In this document: positions 42,918 to 56,756 of the stretch, piece by piece
How the letters are laid out: each line of letters opens with the position of its first letter
Numbering within the stretch: position 1 is the stretch's first letter
From: Octopus sinensis
Lineage: Eukaryota
Assembly: GCF_006345805.1 (NCBI RefSeq)
Contig: NC_043000.1
Span: forward strand, 1,302,001 to 1,366,000
Direction: 5' to 3'
DNA length: 64,000 nt
Translations under genes and position numbers: made by a program
Notes under the pieces: generated by a model
What the model saw: only the letters and a program-made list of their open reading frames with translations
Told to the model about the DNA's origin: nothing
Database searches by the model: none

Positions 42918-43572
42918 TGCACTGATGGTGCCTGGTGGTATTTCTTTTGGCTTTTTACATTCTGATATCAAATGTTGCCAAGGTCATCTGCTGACCATAT
43001 CCCCTCTTATGCTCCCCTAACTATGAGTGTTTGTCCTGGCACACCGTCGCCACTATCCCTCTATTTTATTTTCATCTTCTCAATTACTCACCCTTATAAT
43101 ATGAGGTAGCCATGTATCATTCCTATAGCAAGGCACCTATTCTTGTCCTTCTATCATAATTTTAGTTTCCCAGCTCCTGGCATAAAACCACTTCTCCTTT
43201 CCTAATACCCCTTGTGCCACCACCACCAGCACCACTTAGGGCTTTCTCTTCCTTGTTCTTTTCTGTCTCGCAACTTACTTGGCGATCTCCCTAGTTCTGG
43301 TGGGATGAAAAATGTGCCCTGTAGACACAATAAGGTAGTTGATGTTGGGAATAATATCCAGCCATAGAAAACATACCAAAACTTCCATTGGAACTTGGTG
43401 CAGCCCTCTGGCTTGTGTGATCCTATCAAACTATTCAGTCATGGAAAACAGGCATTAGATTATAAATATGGTGATTACGATGATGATGATGCCGTCTGTG
43501 TCCTGTTTATTCCTTTTCTGTTCATTTAACGTCCATTTTATTCATCTAATATCTATATCTATCTTATTACAG

Positions 43573-43674
43573 GACCCAATGTCTCATCGGATTATTGAGA
43601 AGAGACGCCGTGATCGTATGAACAATTGTCTCGCTGACCTCAGTCGTCTTATTCCTGCCAACTATATGAAACAG
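43573..43674 (+). CDS. cwo: cwo-like exon 3, bHLH basic region and helix 1 ([34 protein letters not shown])
   Basis: ttacag| and CAG|gtaaag, 102 nt, phase 0-0. Near-identical to the CWO bHLH signature [28 protein letters not shown]. Confidence 0.96.
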
Positions 43675-43939
43675 GTAAAGCATTTGTCTTCAATCAGCTG
43701 TCTGTCTGTGTGTCGATTTATAATCCAGCGTGTGCATGTCTGCCTCCACGTCATTTGGCGTGTGTCATGTGTACATGTCTGCGTATTTGAAGTGGTAGTT
43801 AATTTATGTAGTTTTGGAGATGTATTTGTCTGACAAGTGATTTGAGCTGAGACAATGTGTTGGAACTAAAGCAGTTATGGCATGGAAGACACATATTAAA
43901 TCTTCCAAAGAAACATATAAAAACTATTAATTCACTTAA

Positions 43940-44728
43940 CCCTTTAGCATTCAGATTACTTTGTAAAGTGTAATACTTATTTATTCACATCTTTTAAAAT
44001 TAATCATGTATTATCTTGTATTGGGTTGTCCGGAAAGTTCATGCCAATTTATAGTAGCTTAGCTTTCGATTTATTTTAGAACATGGTGGAGTCCATAAAA
44101 TAGGATTTGACTACACCTCCATTTAGAGCACAGTTTAAGCTATCTTTTCGTGGAAGAAGCTTTATGTTCCTATAATCTGTGTTAATTCTGTAACCCTTTA
44201 AAATGGAAGATAAGAAAGTTCATTTTCGGCACTTGATGCTTTGGGAACCAGACAAAAATTGCTGCAGCTCGGCTGGGATGTGTTACCCCACCCTCCATAT
44301 TCACCAGATATTCCTCCTTCGGATTTCCACTTATTCAGGTCTCTGCAGAATAGTCTTAATGGTAAAAATTTCAATTCCTTGGATGACATAACAAGATACC
44401 TTGATGAATTCTTTGCCATGAAACCACCTCAATTCTGGGAAGAGGGTATTTTCAAGTTAAAGGAAAGATGGAGATGCATTGTGCCACAAAATAGTTCATA
44501 GTTGGTTGATTAAAAATGTAATGGCAGATATTTATTGACCTTTTTTCTTTCCTTTAAAAATCGGCACGAACTTTCCGGACAACCCAATAGCTTTGAGATT
44601 TTGATGACGTGGTTGTTTGGTTTTACAATGATATTGTAAGGTAGATATTAGGTGCCAGATCTGGTCAATTTGAGTATAAAACAAATAAAATATTTAAACT
44701 GGATAAGGTCAGTTTAGATGCTGAGGGG
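43940..44728. mobile_element. piggyBac-type MITE (TTAA duplication) hosting a nested mariner
   Basis: TTAA|CCCTTTAGCAT ... ATGCTGAGGGG|TTAA. Related body sequence at about 62090-62258. Confidence 0.7.
44021..44587 (+). mobile_element. internally deleted mariner transposon
   Basis: TA duplication and about 30-bp TIRs ttgggttgtccggaaagttc. N-terminal MEDKKVHFRHLMLWE is joined out of frame to C-terminal LGWDVLPHPPYSPDIPPSDFHLFRSLQNSL (mariner YSPDLAPSD-type motif). Confidence 0.93.
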
Positions 44729-46351
44729 TTAAACATAACTTGATGTCAAAATTAACCTTGTACCAACTGCAACTTGGTTACCGAAATTGCAGTGAAACCG
44801 TGTCTGGAATCAGGCCACAGTTGGTGCAAAAAAAATTTTTGATTTCAAATAATAAATGTTTAAGTGAAGTTATCAGTCTTTGTATATTTCTGAATGACCG
44901 ATATGTACCTTCGTGGCTGTAATTGTTATAGTTCTGGTTGCTGACATAAGATAAATTTTGGTTTGGTTACGTATGAGGATATGTATGTACATGAGTGTGT
45001 ATGTTTGCCAAAATTCTATTTATATATATATAAATTTATGTATATATACATTTATGTATATATGTGTTTATGTATGTTTGTATGTATCTGTGTATCTGTG
45101 TGTGTAAAATTCATTTTGACTAGACTTGATGGCTGGCAAAAACTTCAAAGTCCAGTCAAAAAGAATTTTTAATAATGGTCTTAAAGCTACTTATAGTTTT
45201 GAGTTGACTGCATCCAAAAAATGTTCTGTTGTTATTCTTCAAATTTCTTTAAATTAACATTTATGTATATATATATATATACATACATGCACATACACAT
45301 TTATTCACAAAAACATGCACTTGCAATTTTTTATACAGATATAATGTTTTATATGAGAAATATTGGAATTCTGAATCAATTGTGTTTTTTTTTGTTTTTT
45401 TTAACTTGCCACTTTTTGACCTAATTTTTTGTTGTCAGTTATTTTTGATTATCTGCAAATATTATGTTGATCTACCAAATCTGCATATGATATGTTGATT
45501 AAATTATCTACATATATTATGTTGAATAACTAGTCTGCATATATTATGTTGATCAACCAATCAGGACTGTTTGCACAAGCTCAAGCCCCACCCATCCACC
45601 CATTCATAAGCTTATCATTTCTGACAATAAACATTACAAAAATAAATGAATAAAAATACAAAGCAAGATTTTTTTTTTTTACACTTTTTCCTTTTTTTTA
45701 ACCACACACTCGTGACTTCAAACCTCACTCCCACAATTTTGCTGCTGCTCTGTTTGCCTTGGGTTAAACAGCAACAAGATTCACAAGAAATAAGAATAAC
45801 ATAACAAAAATGAATTTAAAAATCTCCTACAACATTAACCTTTACTTTTATTCCCTGTACACTCAATAAAATTAGTACTGCTCATATATTAGGATTTCTT
45901 TATTGAACTTTCCTATATACCTTTCCTAACAAATGTATCCATGCTTCTAAGTTCTTAGTTCTGCACCTCCATTTTGTAATTTCATATTCTACTGGGACGT
46001 ATACTTTGCAGTTTATTCCCCCTATGTCAATAAAATAATTACTGGACATATTCTTAGGTTGGTTTGTCGATTATGCTTCAGCCCTACAGATTTATGATAT
46101 TGCACAGATATAAAAAGAAAAGCACTCCTTTTGATGTTGTTTTGTAGTTACCCCAGCAGAAGTTCACTGATGCAATCTGATCTGGAGTAGCAGATTTGTC
46201 TCAACTCATATTTTCATGAGATTTGAAAACATCTGGGGAGACCTCATTCATGAGGATTGTTCTTTGACCTAGTTTGGTAGAACAATTTGCCATTTGGAAT
46301 ATTGTTACACATCAAAAACACTGTTTCATTGAAACCAAGAAATCATCTTCC

Positions 46352-46386
<35 letters not shown>

Positions 46387-46804
46387 GGTGGCACGTAAAA
46401 AGCACCATCCGATCGTGGCCATTTGCCAGCCTATGTCTGGCCCCTGTGCCGGTGGCACTTAAAAAGCACCTACTACACTCACAGCCGTGGTTAGAGAAAA
46501 AGACACTTACCCAAAGTGTCATGTGGTGAGATTGAACCTTGAACCATGTGGTTTGGAAGCAAACTTCTTACCGTACAACCACACCTATTATGATCCCTTA
46601 TCAGTTGCTGAACATTTTTTGCTATAGCTCTGAACAGTCAAGTCTATGATATTGTTTCGGCTCTGTTAAAGGCATGAACACAATATCATCTCTCTCTCTC
46701 TCTTCTAACTAGTCAAAAGAAACCACTGACCACCAGAAATAATAAAAAGTGCCAGACTAAATTTGTAAAGACAAACGTAAAACAATGTAACACACACACA
46801 CACA

Positions 46805-46838
<34 letters not shown>

Positions 46839-47967
46839 TTCTCTCTCTCACACACACACACACACTCACACTGTAATTGTTTTACAAATTAATTTAGTTT
46901 GCTCTAATTCTTACATACATACATACATATATACATATATGCACACACACAAACACATACATACATAAACACATACATACTTACATATATGCATACATGT
47001 ATATATATATATATATATGTACATACACATACACACATATATGTATGTATGCATGTATATTAGTATGTATATGAAATTCTAGTTCTTTTTTTTCCCGCAT
47101 AAGAGTAGAGTACTTGGAGTTAGTAATGATTCACATAGATATTTTTTTTAAAAAAAACAAAAAAAACCTGCACAAAAATTAATGAAATTGTCTAAATTTG
47201 TAGATATACCCAACCCATGTTAATATAAAAATTGAGTTTCAAATAAAAATATGAATTAACTCCTGTTGCCTCTGACACTAGGAAGTCCTGACAACCCCCA
47301 AATGACATTCTCAAAATGCAGTAGTCCTGGTTTGCTTAATTCATTCTAGTCCTTTGAATTGCAATCTGAAACCAAAAAGTGTTGTACTTACAAATGTCTT
47401 TCTGAATTTGAGCATTTTTCAGACAATATTTTAATCACTATTACCATTTATTATATCTATAAACTAAGGTAAGTTTTTTTTTTAAATTCCCACCCTACCA
47501 CACCTGTGGGCTGTTGCTTTTGGCAAACCTTTACATATGACTTGAAATTTCTTACATACATAAACATAACGACAGGAATGGAAAAAACGAAATAATTATA
47601 AAAGACTGAGAATGAGATTTCCTATTATTATTAGTCATTAGTCAATAATCATATATATATATATATATACTACTTATAAACAAGGGCAAAAGAAAAATTA
47701 TTTCTATGCCAATATGCAAATTGGCATAGAAATAATTTGTTTATAAAGTTGTTTATAATTTTAACCTTTAAAGGCATTTTAACCCTTTCGTTACTGTATT
47801 AATTTTGAGATGCTCTGTGTTTCTTTCAATCATTTTAAATATCAACAAAAAATTTAGTAAAATAACTTAGTTATCATTAAGGTAGTGTTAGGAACATAAA
47901 TTGTGATTAAGGTTTGGTGGAAGATTTTAATGAAAAACTTATGAAAACAAAACATTTGTACATCATA

Positions 47968-48479
47968 CCGTAAATCCTCGAGTATAATCCACATTTTTTT
48001 CCCAAAATTTAAGGGTCAAAATCCTTACTATGTACTATATACGAGGTTAAAAACAAAAATTATTTTCTAAGCAATGTCCAAGTCTCTATTGGCTGTCCGG
48101 CAATGTTTATTCAAACGCATTTTGTGATGTCGGGTGCGAAAATACCTTAAGCTAAGCCTGAAAGCAATGAAGTTATAAAAGAATAATCCATAACTTGCAG
48201 TAAGCAACATTTATTAAATGTTATTACTGTTATTTCTTTATTTTCTGCAAACAAAATGCACAAAAAAGCTACACGTTTGCATTATGTTATATATACAATA
48301 ATAATAAAGGGCGTTACCGTATACATTTTCACAAACCAAAGACATTATATAGACCTCCTTGACTCAAGTTAGAGAAGGGGTGCATATTATACACAAGGTT
48401 TAGGTTTTTCAGAGGTACAGCCCCCTAAAAATCCCCTGCATATTATACTCAAGGGCGGACTATACTTGAGGATTTGCGG
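47968..48479. mobile_element. second copy of the Tc2/pogo-like MITE (intron 3)
   Basis: Colinear with 1933-2456, with TA flanks. Confidence 0.85.
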
Positions 48480-49166
48480 TATATACATATATATATGTAC
48501 ACACATATATATTCATACATATACATAGATAGATAGATATATACATTATATGTACGTGTGTCTAGTTTTAGAACAACTCAGCTAAATTTTTCTCAGACTT
48601 GATAAACGTTATTGATAACGTTTCTGCCAATTAAAAGTCTTAGACATGAAACTAAATCCAGCTCATCAAGTTAAATTAAATCTAGCAAAAATATGAAAGT
48701 AAAATCACTAAAATGACACAATCTTAGGGAACAGAATATCTCCAGACCAGCTCAGTTTGCCCATGACAGTGACTTTAAAAAAGGGTCTTTGAAATTTTTC
48801 TTGGAAGACCACATCGATATTTTATTGTTTTAGTTTCAATAGAAAATATTTTTTTGTGGCTTCAATGTTGATTCAGTGGTCTGTTTATAACATATATATA
48901 TGCATATATATATATATATATATTTATAAATATATGTATGTATATATATATCATGGTTTTTTGGTTGTATTTTTGTTGTGGATGCAAATTGCAAATTTCT
49001 CATATATCTTTTGTCTTTCTATGTTCCCAAACAGACATACATATATAAACACATTTATATACACACATGCATATATATGTGTATGTGTGTGTGCGTGGCT
49101 ATATATATGTGTGTGTGTGTGTCTGTATATACATATATGTGTGTGTGCGTGTGTGTATATATATAT

Positions 49167-49200
<34 letters not shown>

Positions 49201-49582
49201 ATATATATGTGCATAATATCTATATACATATACCACATACATGCACATATATGTATACACACTCACTCATGCATAGCTATGTATATATATGTATATACAC
49301 ACTCAGACATATAGCTATGTTCATTTATATATGAAAATCAAATTTATATTTATATATGTATTTGTATGTATGTATATATGTGTGCCTATATATGTATGTA
49401 TGTGTGTATATATATATATATAATATATGTATATATGTTCATGTGTGTACGTATATATATTTTTACCATTTAATATATAAATGTGTATATATATGTTTGT
49501 GTGTGTGTATGGTGTACATTATATATATATATATATATATTTATGAATGTATGTATATGTAATATATATATATGTATATATA

Positions 49583-49685
<103 letters not shown>

Positions 49686-50390
49686 GTATATACACATGTA
49701 TCTATGTAACCATTATAGCTTTTAAATCCCAAACCCTTTGCTTTTATCTGTGAACTGTTCATTGTACAACATTAGTGCATGTTTAAAACTTCTGCAATCT
49801 GCAGATATTCTCAACAAATATCTTAGTTATTGTCTGAAAGGCTCCACATGTTATTAGTCCATTTAGTACTATATAAGAAACCCAAAATACAGAAAGAAAA
49901 AAAAACTGCCAAAATAATGAGAGGATGAAAGAAGTTTAATCATTGATTGTTTGTTTGTAGTGTCTGTCCCTTGACTCTGCTGCTTTCACATCCCTTTAGT
50001 ATGAAGTAAATTAAATGTTGTCTTATGCTTATCCCCTATCTTCAGGTCTTGTTACAAACTGTCTTGTTATAAATATATATATATATATATGTATATATGT
50101 ATATGTATATGTATATATCTATATGTATATATCTATATGTATATATGTGTATATGTATATATCTTTATGTATATATATATATATTTATTGTGTTGTCAAT
50201 GTTGTTGGTGTTGCTGTTCTTGTTATCACTAGTTATATTGACATTGATGTTTGTTAGAGGTTGTGTGAAGTCCAGCAGTATAGCTAAATATGTGTGTATG
50301 TGAATATACGTACATATATGTGTATGTGTCATGTGTTATGTGTGATTTTAGTCATTACAGAATATAACTTGCTTTTCTTCTATTTTACAG

Positions 50391-50475
50391 GGCCAAGGTC
50401 GTATCGAGAAAACCGAAATCATTGAGATGGCCATCCGACATATCAAACATTTGCAAAACATTCACAGATCTCTGG
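50391..50475 (+). CDS. cwo: cwo-like exon 4, bHLH loop and helix 2 ([28 protein letters not shown])
   Basis: Polypyrimidine tract plus ttacag| acceptor, G|gtatgt donor. [19 protein letters not shown] is the CWO helix 2. Confidence 0.96.
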
Positions 50476-50604
50476 GTATGTATTCCTTGTCATTGAGTTC
50501 TTAGTTTCAATTAGTCATTGGGTTTAATTGTAAATGCGGCAGCATTCATTATAACGAGTCTCTAGACTGGTTTGCTATACACTTACTTTCTTCAAGTCAC
50601 TATA

Positions 50605-50809
50605 TTTACTCTTTTACTTGTTTCAGTCATTTGACTGCGGCCATGCTGGAGCACCGCCTTTAGTCGAGCAAATCGACCCCGGGACTTATTCTTTGTAAGC
50701 CCAGTACTTATTCTATCGGTCTCTTTTGCCGAACCGCTAAGTGACGGGGACGTAAACACACCAGCATCGGTTGTCAAGCAATGCTAGGGGGACAGACACA
50801 GACACACAA

Positions 50810-50846
<37 letters not shown>

Positions 50847-50850
50847 CATA
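50605..50850 (-). mobile_element. SINE family A, 3' half (intron 4)
   Basis: Reverse complement of the family A tail. Confidence 0.8.
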
Positions 50851-50993
50851 TAAACGATTAAGATTTTCCTTCTAACTTTCAACTTGAAATGGTGTCATCA
50901 TTATTATTTAGCAATGTTTTTGTGGTCTTTTTTTTAATATTATTTCGAATGTTTCTCATTGTTTTCTTTTTTTTTCTTTCTTTGAATCCACAG

Positions 50994-51161
50994 TAAACCA
51001 GGGACAATGTTGTGCAGAGAAATTCTACCTTGGCTTCAAGGAATGTGAAGCTGAGACAATCCGCTACTTTGTAGAATGTGAAGGTCTCGACAACAAAGAC
51101 CAGTTCTTCATGAGGGTTATCAGCCATCTGGAAGCAGTCAGTAAAAAGCATCTTGCTACAG
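50994..51161 (+). CDS. cwo: cwo-like exon 5, Orange domain (FYLGFKECEAETIRYFVECEGLDNKDQFFMRVISHLE)
   Basis: Long T-tract plus cacag| acceptor, G|gtcagt donor, 168 nt, phase 1-1, open. F..GF.EC..E..RY....EG..........HL is the Hairy/Orange pattern. Confidence 0.92.
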
Positions 51162-51991
51162 GTCAGTAATCTGAGCTCATTTGCTTTGATGTGTGGCCCT
51201 TACTCACTTTTTACTTCAGCCCTTTGCTCCCTATAGAGAATAGGCCATCAATGACATTTCTCCACTGCTCTTGATGCTGGGATATATTTTTCACTTCTCT
51301 CCTGTTGGACCCCTGCCCTTTCAGTTCTGGTTCTTGAACTGATAGGATTCCAGCTGATACGAGAGGAAGCCTTCTTCTTCCAGGTCTTGTTTTGAACTGT
51401 CATCAATGCTTTTTTCTAGATAGGGATGTTGGTCCAATGCAAACCTATTTTCTCCTCTGAGAAGATGCATTCCTTATTCGCTGACCTGTATCTTTTGACT
51501 TGTCTAGCATGGAAGGCCCAACTAGGAGATTTGACTCTACTGGCATACCTCTCAGGGTCATTGAGAGGCACACAGGCCATGACACCACAGCAAGTACTGT
51601 CGAAATTGCTGGCCTTGTGGTGGTTGATGTATAATTGGCTGTGTCAAATTATTGGGGTTTTTTTTTGACTAGGTGGGACACAACATCATTTGCTTACAGT
51701 TTCTTGTTCCTTATGTTCTCAAAATATATTTGTGAATAATATGGTTACAAGTAATTCCAAAGACCCATCTTTGGTAATCCGGCAGTGCATCATGTGTGTT
51801 CTTATTTGAGAAGTCCAATGTTCCGAAGTCTAACCTCCCGACCATTTCTATAACAAAAATGTATGCTACCCATGCTAATATACCACATGTGTGTATGTAT
51901 TTATACATACATGTATGTATACATGTTTATATGTATTTCTATGCTTAGCTCTCTATCAATTTTCACCGTTACTTTTTAAAATTTTTTGCAG

Positions 51992-54143
51992 GATCACAAA
52001 ACTGTACTGACTTCCCAAAAGAAGAACCCAGTTCCGGAGACAAAGCCAACATATCGTGTTCATCACTAAATGCCGAATGTGAGAACAACAAAATGAAGAG
52101 CAATGACAGAACACCGCAGACGGTTCCGGAAATACTTGCCCCTTCACATGACTCAATCAATTCAGCAGCAAGCAAACAACTTCGGTCTCTGTTGTCTCAA
52201 GGAAATGCTGGCTTTGAGCAACCTGACAGTGGTAATGCTAGCTGTGCCGATTCTCTGGGAATGTTTTCAAGCAGTGAATCTAGTATCTCTGGAAACAATG
52301 CTGATGAGGCCAACATAAACATAACAATGGTGAAGGAGACATGCATTACCATGGAAACATTGGGTCTGAGAATGGATCTTCAAGTGGAAGCAGCAAAGAA
52401 AATAAGTTTACCAATTACAAGTTTAAGCATGACATCACAAAGCGTTTCTCGGAAGAGGAGAAGTACAGCGTCGATCTCTCGGCCTCGTTGACTCAAGAGA
52501 ATATCATAGAATACCAAGAGAGCCATAACTTTGAAAAAATTGGATATGAAAAACACAGCAAAGATAAGCATGGATATGATAAACATGGCCATGATAAACA
52601 CGATAAACATGGTCATGATAAACACAGTCATGATAAACACAGTCATGATAAACACGATAAACATAGTCACGACAAACATGGTCACGACAAACATAGTCAC
52701 GATAAACACAGCCATGATAAACACGGATATGATAAACATGAAAAGCATGGATATGATAAGCATGGTTTTGAAAAGCATGAGAAGTTATCGAGCAAACTAA
52801 AACGAAAAATTGTGCGTTCCACATCACCTAGTTCTTGTTCTGATTCCACTGCATATCCAACTTCAGAACACAGTTCAAACGGTGCCAGTAATAATGTTTC
52901 CACAATGCTTTGCCATTCTCCCGAAGATGAAACGGTGAACAACGGCGTTCACCTCCCAGCGTTTGTGCTGCACCCGCAGGGCACGCATTACCTTCCCCTC
53001 ACGATCCAGCAGTCGTGTTTCCAGAACAGCCTGCAGCAAGCGGAACGGACGCAGCAGCCCATCGTATTCCATCCCATCAGCATCCTCGTCAACTTCGCAA
53101 CGCCCGGTCTTGTCATCCAGAATGCTGAGTCGTTTGTTAATAACGCTGCCATGGATGTTACGTTTTCTTCTTCATCATCTACTTCGGCTTCGGCTGCTGC
53201 CGCTGCGAATGCCGCTGCCGCTGCCAATGCCGCCGCCGCCGCCACCGCCAACGCTGCCTCCGCCACCACCACTGGTGCTCCGCTGGCAGAGAACGGCAAT
53301 TCCAACAACGGCCGCAACACGACTCTTGTCAATAACAACAACAACAGCAACAATAACAACAGCAACAACAACAACAACAACAACAATAATAATAATAATA
53401 ATAATTGCCCAAGCTCTGTGATCAACAAGTCCTCCCTCTCTCACAACTGCACTACAATAACTTCTCCCTACAATCTCAGTCCGGCGAATTCATGCCACAG
53501 TGTTGGTAGCAATAATAGTAGTTCTAGTAGTAGTGGTAGTAGTAGCAGTAATGTTACTGCTGTTAACAGCAACAACAATAACAACAACAACAACAACGGC
53601 GCTGTCAACACCACCACCGCCGCCACCATACCACTCAATGCCATCCAAGCTAACAACCACATGTCGCCTGTAAAGCATGGCAATAATACTGACCTCATGA
53701 ACTCTGGCCCTGTTGTGGTCAACAGCGCAATGTCTTTGCCGCAGTCGTCATCACCCCCTGCAGCCACGCCGACTGTAACATCTGCAACAGCGCTGCTGCA
53801 GACACCAGCTGGTGCTTTGATTACGCAAGGCATTGTCGGCACCAGTCTACTGCACCAACAACAGCAACAACAACAGCAACAACAACAGCAGCAACAGCCC
53901 CCATTACAACCACAACACCTACCAATCCATCAGACGCACTTACCTCATATCCACCCTCATCAACCACCCCCACCACCACAGGTACTACCACCACAAGCGC
54001 TCCAACCACACCCACACCACCACCTCCACAGCCCAAATGCTAACACTTCTCCGATGATGCACATGGAGCGTGATAATCGAAACACCAGTGAAGGTTCCAT
54101 TCCCATCGTCGTACCAACTTCCAGTTGTTACCAGTCTCTATGA
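51992..54143 (+). CDS. cwo: cwo-like terminal coding exon with an internal -1 frame break; C-terminal motifs YKFKHDITKRF, PAFVLHPQGTHYLPLTI, HPISILVNF and low-complexity tracts
   Basis: ttttgcag| acceptor at 51991 in phase 1 continues into ORF 52093-52491. The 600-aa ORF 52341-54143 is in the -1 frame and holds motifs resembling the conserved insect CWO C-terminal blocks. Restoring one base gives about 888 aa. No terminal WRPW. Confidence 0.82.
52542..52784 (+). repeat. coding His/Asp/Lys-rich repeat, 17 x (D/E)KH
   Basis: 9- and 15-nt units encoding GYEKHSKDKHGYDKHGHDKHDKH...GFEKHEK. Confidence 0.9.
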
Positions 54144-55967
54144 AGGTGGGCGGCCCCTTATTAAAAACCCTTCACTTGCGTTCGCTCTTCGATATCTTTG
54201 CACATTTCCTTCAGCAACGTGATCTGACCTAGGTTGACCTGGACAGCTCAGCTGTAGAGTGGTTTTGATAACGATGACACAACAGAGATGGGGGGGCGTG
54301 GCATGGCATGGCTAACCTCGTCCCCTCTTAACTGGGGTGGGCAAAGGCAGTTCTGATACAGGGATGAGAATCCTCTAAAATTGTCTGACAGTAAAACATC
54401 CACCCGCCCTGGTTATATTAACTCATACATAAAGCTTCCCCCCCCCAGCCTCACCCTGCTCTCCCAGCATTCGACTACATGTCACTGAGGGAGGAGGTGA
54501 CAGTGGTGGTGGAGTAGCATAACATGTTACTCTATGAGCAATGTCCCCTATCCCCTGGTGGCACTCGCTGTGCGCTTGTGAGTTAGGACAGGTGTGGGGA
54601 GGGTGAAATTTTCTGTGGATTGCATGGTGGATCCTGGTGGTATGATGGGAAGGGAGGGTTGGGTTTTTTTTTTTTTTCCACCCTGGGTAAGTTTGGGGAC
54701 TACCATCACCAACAAAAACAAGAAATATGATAAACGAATGAGGGAACTTCTATGTCATTGATCGACCTGCTAGAAATAGGAGCTGAATTCCCTCATATCA
54801 CACCCTACCAATTTGAAATAGAGAAAGGAGACGTTAAACAATGTAATCCTACGTACCTCTTAAAAGATGGAATGGGTACAGCTGGAAATGGCTAGCTCAA
54901 TCCGGTCCAAGAAGTACGAGTCAATGAGGAAGCAAGCCACCACGTGGCTGCTTGAACTGCTAAAAATTGCAACCAAATCTTTCACAAAGACACTTCTAAC
55001 ATTTTAAAATGGGAAAGACGCAGTGGATGATATGGTTCTGAATAAAAGATAGGATGAATGGTCACAGCTGGAATACCTGACCTAAGGCTCAACAGCAACA
55101 ACAAATGTATTTTAAGTAAGAAAGCTATGATTGTCATGAACCATATCAGCCTCCACTAATAACACTCCAACAACAACAAAATCAACAGCAATGCTAGTAT
55201 CACCAATAAAATAGCACTACCATACAACAAAGCTTGTATGTAGTTGCTTGATCTGCAAGAAATAGCAGCCAAATATCCCTCAAATCTACACCAAACTGAG
55301 CGGTAATATTTACCCCCAATTAAACATGGACGTTCTATAAGAACAAACTATACTGTGGTAATTACCACGAGAAAAACTCTTTGGCTTTTTGGTGTGAAAT
55401 GCATGCTTGTTTATATTGCTAGTAGGGGAGATAAACCCCTGCAACCTCCAGCACCAAGATCACTAGATCACATGATTTCAACTTTGTTTAGTCTCTTCAG
55501 TGATAGACACTCGACCATTAGAGTCAACAGTGATTCATCTCCCTGACAGTGATATATAGATGGACAGTGCCATAAAAAGGGGCTGATGTCATGTGTAGCC
55601 AGTTGGCTCAAGAAAAGGATACATTATATAATGTAGTTCTCCTGAGTATTCCTCAAAAAAAGGTAGAATTATAATGGTTGGAAGGCCGTTGATCATAGGT
55701 CAGATCAGTTAGGTCTGATCTACTCGGGGTTAAACACCAAAAACTACTACCATTACTACTACTACCATTACATCACCACACAACAATAACAATTACACTT
55801 CATCAAACTGAAGTACAAAGTCTGTGATTTGACCTCTTTCAAACTATTAAGAGAACTTTTTGTTGCCATGACAGTGACAAGAAGAATATTTTCTGTGGGA
55901 TGTACATGTGGAGTTTGGGGGAATGTCACCACACACACACACACACATATTAATACATGTATGTGTA

Positions 55968-56005
<38 letters not shown>

Positions 56006-56104
56006 TATATATATATGTAAACACATATATGTATGAATGTGCATATATATATATAACATACATATGTGTATGTATATATATATACATATATATAATGTGA
56101 TGTA

Positions 56105-56135
<31 letters not shown>

Positions 56136-56756
56136 CACACATATACATACTTATATATAAACACACATACACATGCACACTTATTTGCACACCCACACAC
56201 ATATATACAGTGAAGGATTTTTTTTTTTTTTGGGGGTTTTTGATAACTTTCTTTGTCACGAACTCTGAACTTTTACTTTTGAAGAAAGATGAAGAAAAAA
56301 ATAGCTGTTACAAGAATCACAACTACAACAGCAACAACAACCATGTTTTTTTTTTATTTATTTATTTAATTTTTTTTTTTTTTTTTTGATAGAAGCAACA
56401 ACAATTTTCACAAGAAACTGGATAGAACCAAAATAAAAACTTCTTTTCCTCCCCCTCTCTCTCTCTCTCTCTTTCTCTTTCTACATATATATATACACAT
56501 ATATATATATATAAACACACACACATGTATGTATATATCCACGTATATATGTATATATGGTCTCTCTTTCTCTCTCTGTTTCATGTATATTTCTGGGGAT
56601 ATATTTTATTTTCTTATATATTCTATGCTGTTTATATTTTTAAGTTACTTACTTAAATCGTCATTAAAATTGTCTCTATTTATCATTCTTAATTATTTGA
56701 GTTTTGTCTTGTTATTTCATCTTATATACTCTAAAAATCTTGTATGTATATATATA

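Noticed and set aside
52229-52340. Small intron that would repair the frame break
   Set aside because: A gtaatg donor-like site exists at 52232, but there is no polypyrimidine tract or convincing AG acceptor before the YKFK motif.
52380-54036. Antisense ORFs over the last cwo exon
   Set aside because: Shadow ORFs of low-complexity coding repeats.
55041-55210. AATAAA poly(A) signals
   Set aside because: Several candidates, one inside a repeat. The transcript end cannot be assigned from sequence alone.
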